DNA of 64,000 bases from Gammaproteobacteria bacterium HGW-Gammaproteobacteria-1 (lineage in GTDB: Bacteria; Pseudomonadota; Gammaproteobacteria; Thiohalomonadales; Thiohalomonadaceae). The stretch spans positions 389,790 through 453,789 of the forward strand of contig PGZL01000008.1 of assembly GCA_002840095.1 (NCBI GenBank). Reading direction: 5' to 3'. The first letter of the stretch is position 1. Each line of letters begins with the position of its first letter. The translations under genes were made by a program, and so were the position numbers. The notes under the pieces were generated by a model. It saw only the letters and a program-made list of their open reading frames with translations, searched no databases and was not told the origin of the DNA. This document shows positions 62,024-64,000 of this stretch, one piece after another.

Positions 62024-62568
62024 GTAGGGTGCGCATTGCGCACCAGCGGCACCAAGCGCAGGCAATACGGTGCGCGGTGCGCACCCTACGATGGCCCGTA
62101 GGATGGGTAGAGCGCAGCGAAACCCATGCGGTTGTCGGAAAAGATGGGTTTCGTTGCACTCTACCCATCCTACATTTGGTTCTTGGGCAGTGTGTGCACC
62201 TACGTTTGTTCGTTTCGTCTCAGGGCCTCGACCGGCACCAGATGGTGCGCGGTGCGCACCCTACATTGGCCGGAAACAGTAGGATGGGTAGAGCGCAGAG
62301 AAACCCATGCGGTTGTCGGAAAAAGATGGGTTTCGTTGCACTCTACCCATCCTACATTTGGTTCTTGGGCAGTGTGTGCACCTACGTTTGTTCGTTTCGT
62401 CTCAGGGCCTCGACCGGCGCCAGATGGTGCGCGGTGCGCACTCTACATTGGCCGGAAACAGTAGGATGGGTAGAGCGCAGCGAAACCCATGCGGTTGTCG
62501 GAAAAAGATGGGTTTCGTTGCACTCTACCCATCCTACATTTGGTGCTTGGGCAGTGTGCGCACCCTAC
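62024..62568. repeat. BIME-like array: about 2.6 tandem copies of a 181/182-bp unit built from two REP types
   Basis: Unit starts at 62098, 62279 and 62461. Each unit is an inverted GTAGGATGGGTAGAGCGCAG(C/A)GAAACCCAT pair plus a GGTGCGCGGTGCGCACCCTAC-type REP. The terminal REP contains the stop of gene 62565. Confidence 0.85.
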
Positions 62569-63653
62569 ATTTGTTCGCTTCTTTTCAAGGTGAACTTCTC
62601 GCCGAACAGCACCGGCCGGTAGCTCATCTTTACCCTGCGTAAATTTTCCAGGCCGAGGTCGTCGCCGACGTTGATGTAGTCGCAGTCGGCGTAGGTGCGG
62701 GCATATTCGCGGAACAGGTATTGCGCCGCGCCGGGGATGGCGAAGTTGGTCTTTTCCACCAGTACGCTGGCCATGTTGCGGCTGATGCGTTCGCCGAAGG
62801 TGAAGCCTTCGATGCGATTGTCGACGATGAGGCACAGGCCGCTCAGGCCGAGCGCGTCGTAGTGGGCCAGCGCCCGTTCTATCCCCTGCCGCTCCAGTTC
62901 CACGCTGGCGATGAAGTCGGCCACGGCGGTGCCGTGCAGCCCCTCCAGTCTTGCGCGCATCCACTGGCTGAGCAGTTCGCGCATGCCGTCCCAGTGCCTG
63001 CGGTGCAGCGGTTCGATGCGGTGGTTGGGATGGGCGCGGCAGAACTGATTGATCTCGCTGCGCTTGGTCTTGTAGCTGTTGCCGCGCAGCTCGATCAGAT
63101 CGGCGGTGCGGTAGATGTAGTCGGGGAAGGCCGGTTCCAGCAACCACGCCCCGTCGTCCAGATGGGGCGAGCGGCCGTCGCCGTCCAGTTCCAGCAGGCG
63201 CGCGAATTCCGGGCTGACGTAATCGACGCGGCTGTCGCTGACGTGATGGTTGTAGCTGTCCATGATCTCGACGCAGGTGCGCAGGGCGCGCGCCTGGTTG
63301 CCCGCCGCACCGATGGGCGGCAGCAGCATGCCGAGCTGGTTGCCGTTGAGGCTGAACAGGCAGAAGCAGTCGTCGATGATCTGGTAGAAGCCGCTCATGC
63401 GCGACAGCCACATGAAGTTGTTGCTGAAGCTGAGGTCGGCCACCAGGAAATCGCAGGCGTCGACGTGGCTGTCGAACAGCGCCTTGGCTTCGATGGTCAG
63501 CGGCAGCAGGCGGTATTCACCGGCGGACAGAAAACGCTGTGCCGGGAGCGGGCGGACGGGGAGGGGAACGATCGGTCGGACGGTGGTGGGCGTCTGGCCA
63601 AATATGTGGGGTTCGGATGTTTCTGTACTGCCGATCTCAAGGTTACCGAGCAT
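62565..63653 (-). CDS. DUF2156 (MprF C-terminal / aminoacyl-PG-synthase-like acyltransferase fold) protein
   Basis: ATG at 63653. Motifs SFSNNFMW, LRGNSYKTKRSEINQF, VEKTNFAIPGAAQYLF and YRP. The track ORF 5' extension runs into the heptamer array. Confidence 0.65.
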   Translation of the reverse strand: MLGNLEIGSTETSEPHIFGQTPTTVRPIVPLPVRPLPAQRFLSAGEYRLLPLTIEAKALFDSHVDACDFLVADLSFSNNFMWLSRMSGFYQIIDDCFCLFSLNGNQLGMLLPPIGAAGNQARALRTCVEIMDSYNHHVSDSRVDYVSPEFARLLELDGDGRSPHLDDGAWLLEPAFPDYIYRTADLIELRGNSYKTKRSEINQFCRAHPNHRIEPLHRRHWDGMRELLSQWMRARLEGLHGTAVADFIASVELERQGIERALAHYDALGLSGLCLIVDNRIEGFTFGERISRNMASVLVEKTNFAIPGAAQYLFREYARTYADCDYINVGDDLGLENLRRVKMSYRPVLFGEKFTLKRSEQM

Positions 63654-63804
63654 ACACGCTCCGCAAAGGACCTCTTGTTGCCGATGGGGTGTCGCGGGAA
63701 AGACCGCACGGTCTGTCAGGTGGGAGCCTCGCGGCTTCCTGCCCCGGACGCCGTTGTTATAACGGAGCGGCGGGGGGAAAAGAAGAGGGTGGCGAAAATA
63801 TTTT

Positions 63805-63897
63805 GTTTCGAGTTTCGAGTTTCGAGTTTCGAGGTTCGAGTTTCGAGGTTCGGGATGGCTCCGCCCCATGGGTGCGAAACCCGCAACCCGAAACTCG
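63805..63897. repeat. Heptamer array (GTTTCGA-like x7) with a short complementary arm
   Basis: Array at 63805-63853, with the complementary CCCGAAACTCGAAAC at about 63877-63897. Same unit and orientation as the array at 61954-62023. Confidence 0.85.
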
Positions 63898-63906
63898 AAA
63901 CTGCTT

Positions 63907-64000
63907 CTAGCGCCAGTGCAGAAACGGCGCCACGGTGAAGTAAAGGATGACCAGGATGACGGCGGCGTAGGCCAGCAGGCGCAGGGGCTCGCGGCGGAAG
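63907..64000 (-). CDS. 3' end of a membrane-protein gene continuing beyond the window
   Basis: The open frame from the window edge ends ...LLAYAAVILVILYFTVAPFLHWR-TAG. It is too short to classify. Confidence 0.3.
   Translation of the reverse strand, partial: FRREPLRLLAYAAVILVILYFTVAPFLHWR

Noticed and set aside
62029-62642. ORFs of 70-197 aa with repeated peptide text (WVERSETHAVVGK...).
   Set aside because: These are translations of the tandem BIME/REP array, not genes.

Overview
High-GC (roughly two-thirds G+C by eye) gammaproteobacterial chromosome segment. It shows Chromatiales/Pseudomonas-like core synteny: aroB, a DamX-like AAA/SPOR gene, gltBD and hemE, then cyaY-lptM-lysA-dapF-DUF484-xerC, then cyaA. 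I support about 65 protein-coding genes and found no rRNA, tRNA, CRISPR, IS element or prophage.

The left 25 kb (about 1480-25310) reads as one metalloid/arsenic island with two parts.

(i) A minus-strand operon of 10 genes encodes a Tat-exported Mo-bisPGD oxidoreductase. The gene order is FeS subunit, NrfD anchor, catalytic subunit, then a TorD-like chaperone and six unusual accessory genes. It is transcribed divergently from a PhnD-like binding protein, a histidine kinase and a sigma54 activator, followed by moaA and a rhodanese gene. The shared intergenic region carries a near-consensus sigma54 -24/-12 element and two GTTAC-N6-GTAAC palindromes.

(ii) A one-strand ars cluster runs arsR-arsC-acr3, a periplasmic MBL, a COG0701 permease, a CMD-like gene, a Trx-like gene, a SigZ-type ECF sigma factor, arsM and an ATP-grasp gene.

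The enzyme locus combines a ttr/srd-like gene order with aio/arx-like regulation. An Asp also replaces the third Cys of the N-terminal FeS motif. This locus is my best candidate for an undescribed system. Its substrate cannot be called from sequence alone.

The rest of the window is housekeeping. It is densely populated with GTAG-type REPs, long hairpins whose arms are 7-9 nt simple repeats, heptamer microsatellites and a 181-bp tandem BIME array. Several of these elements supply the stop codons of flanking genes.

All family assignments come from motif reading by eye, without database searches.
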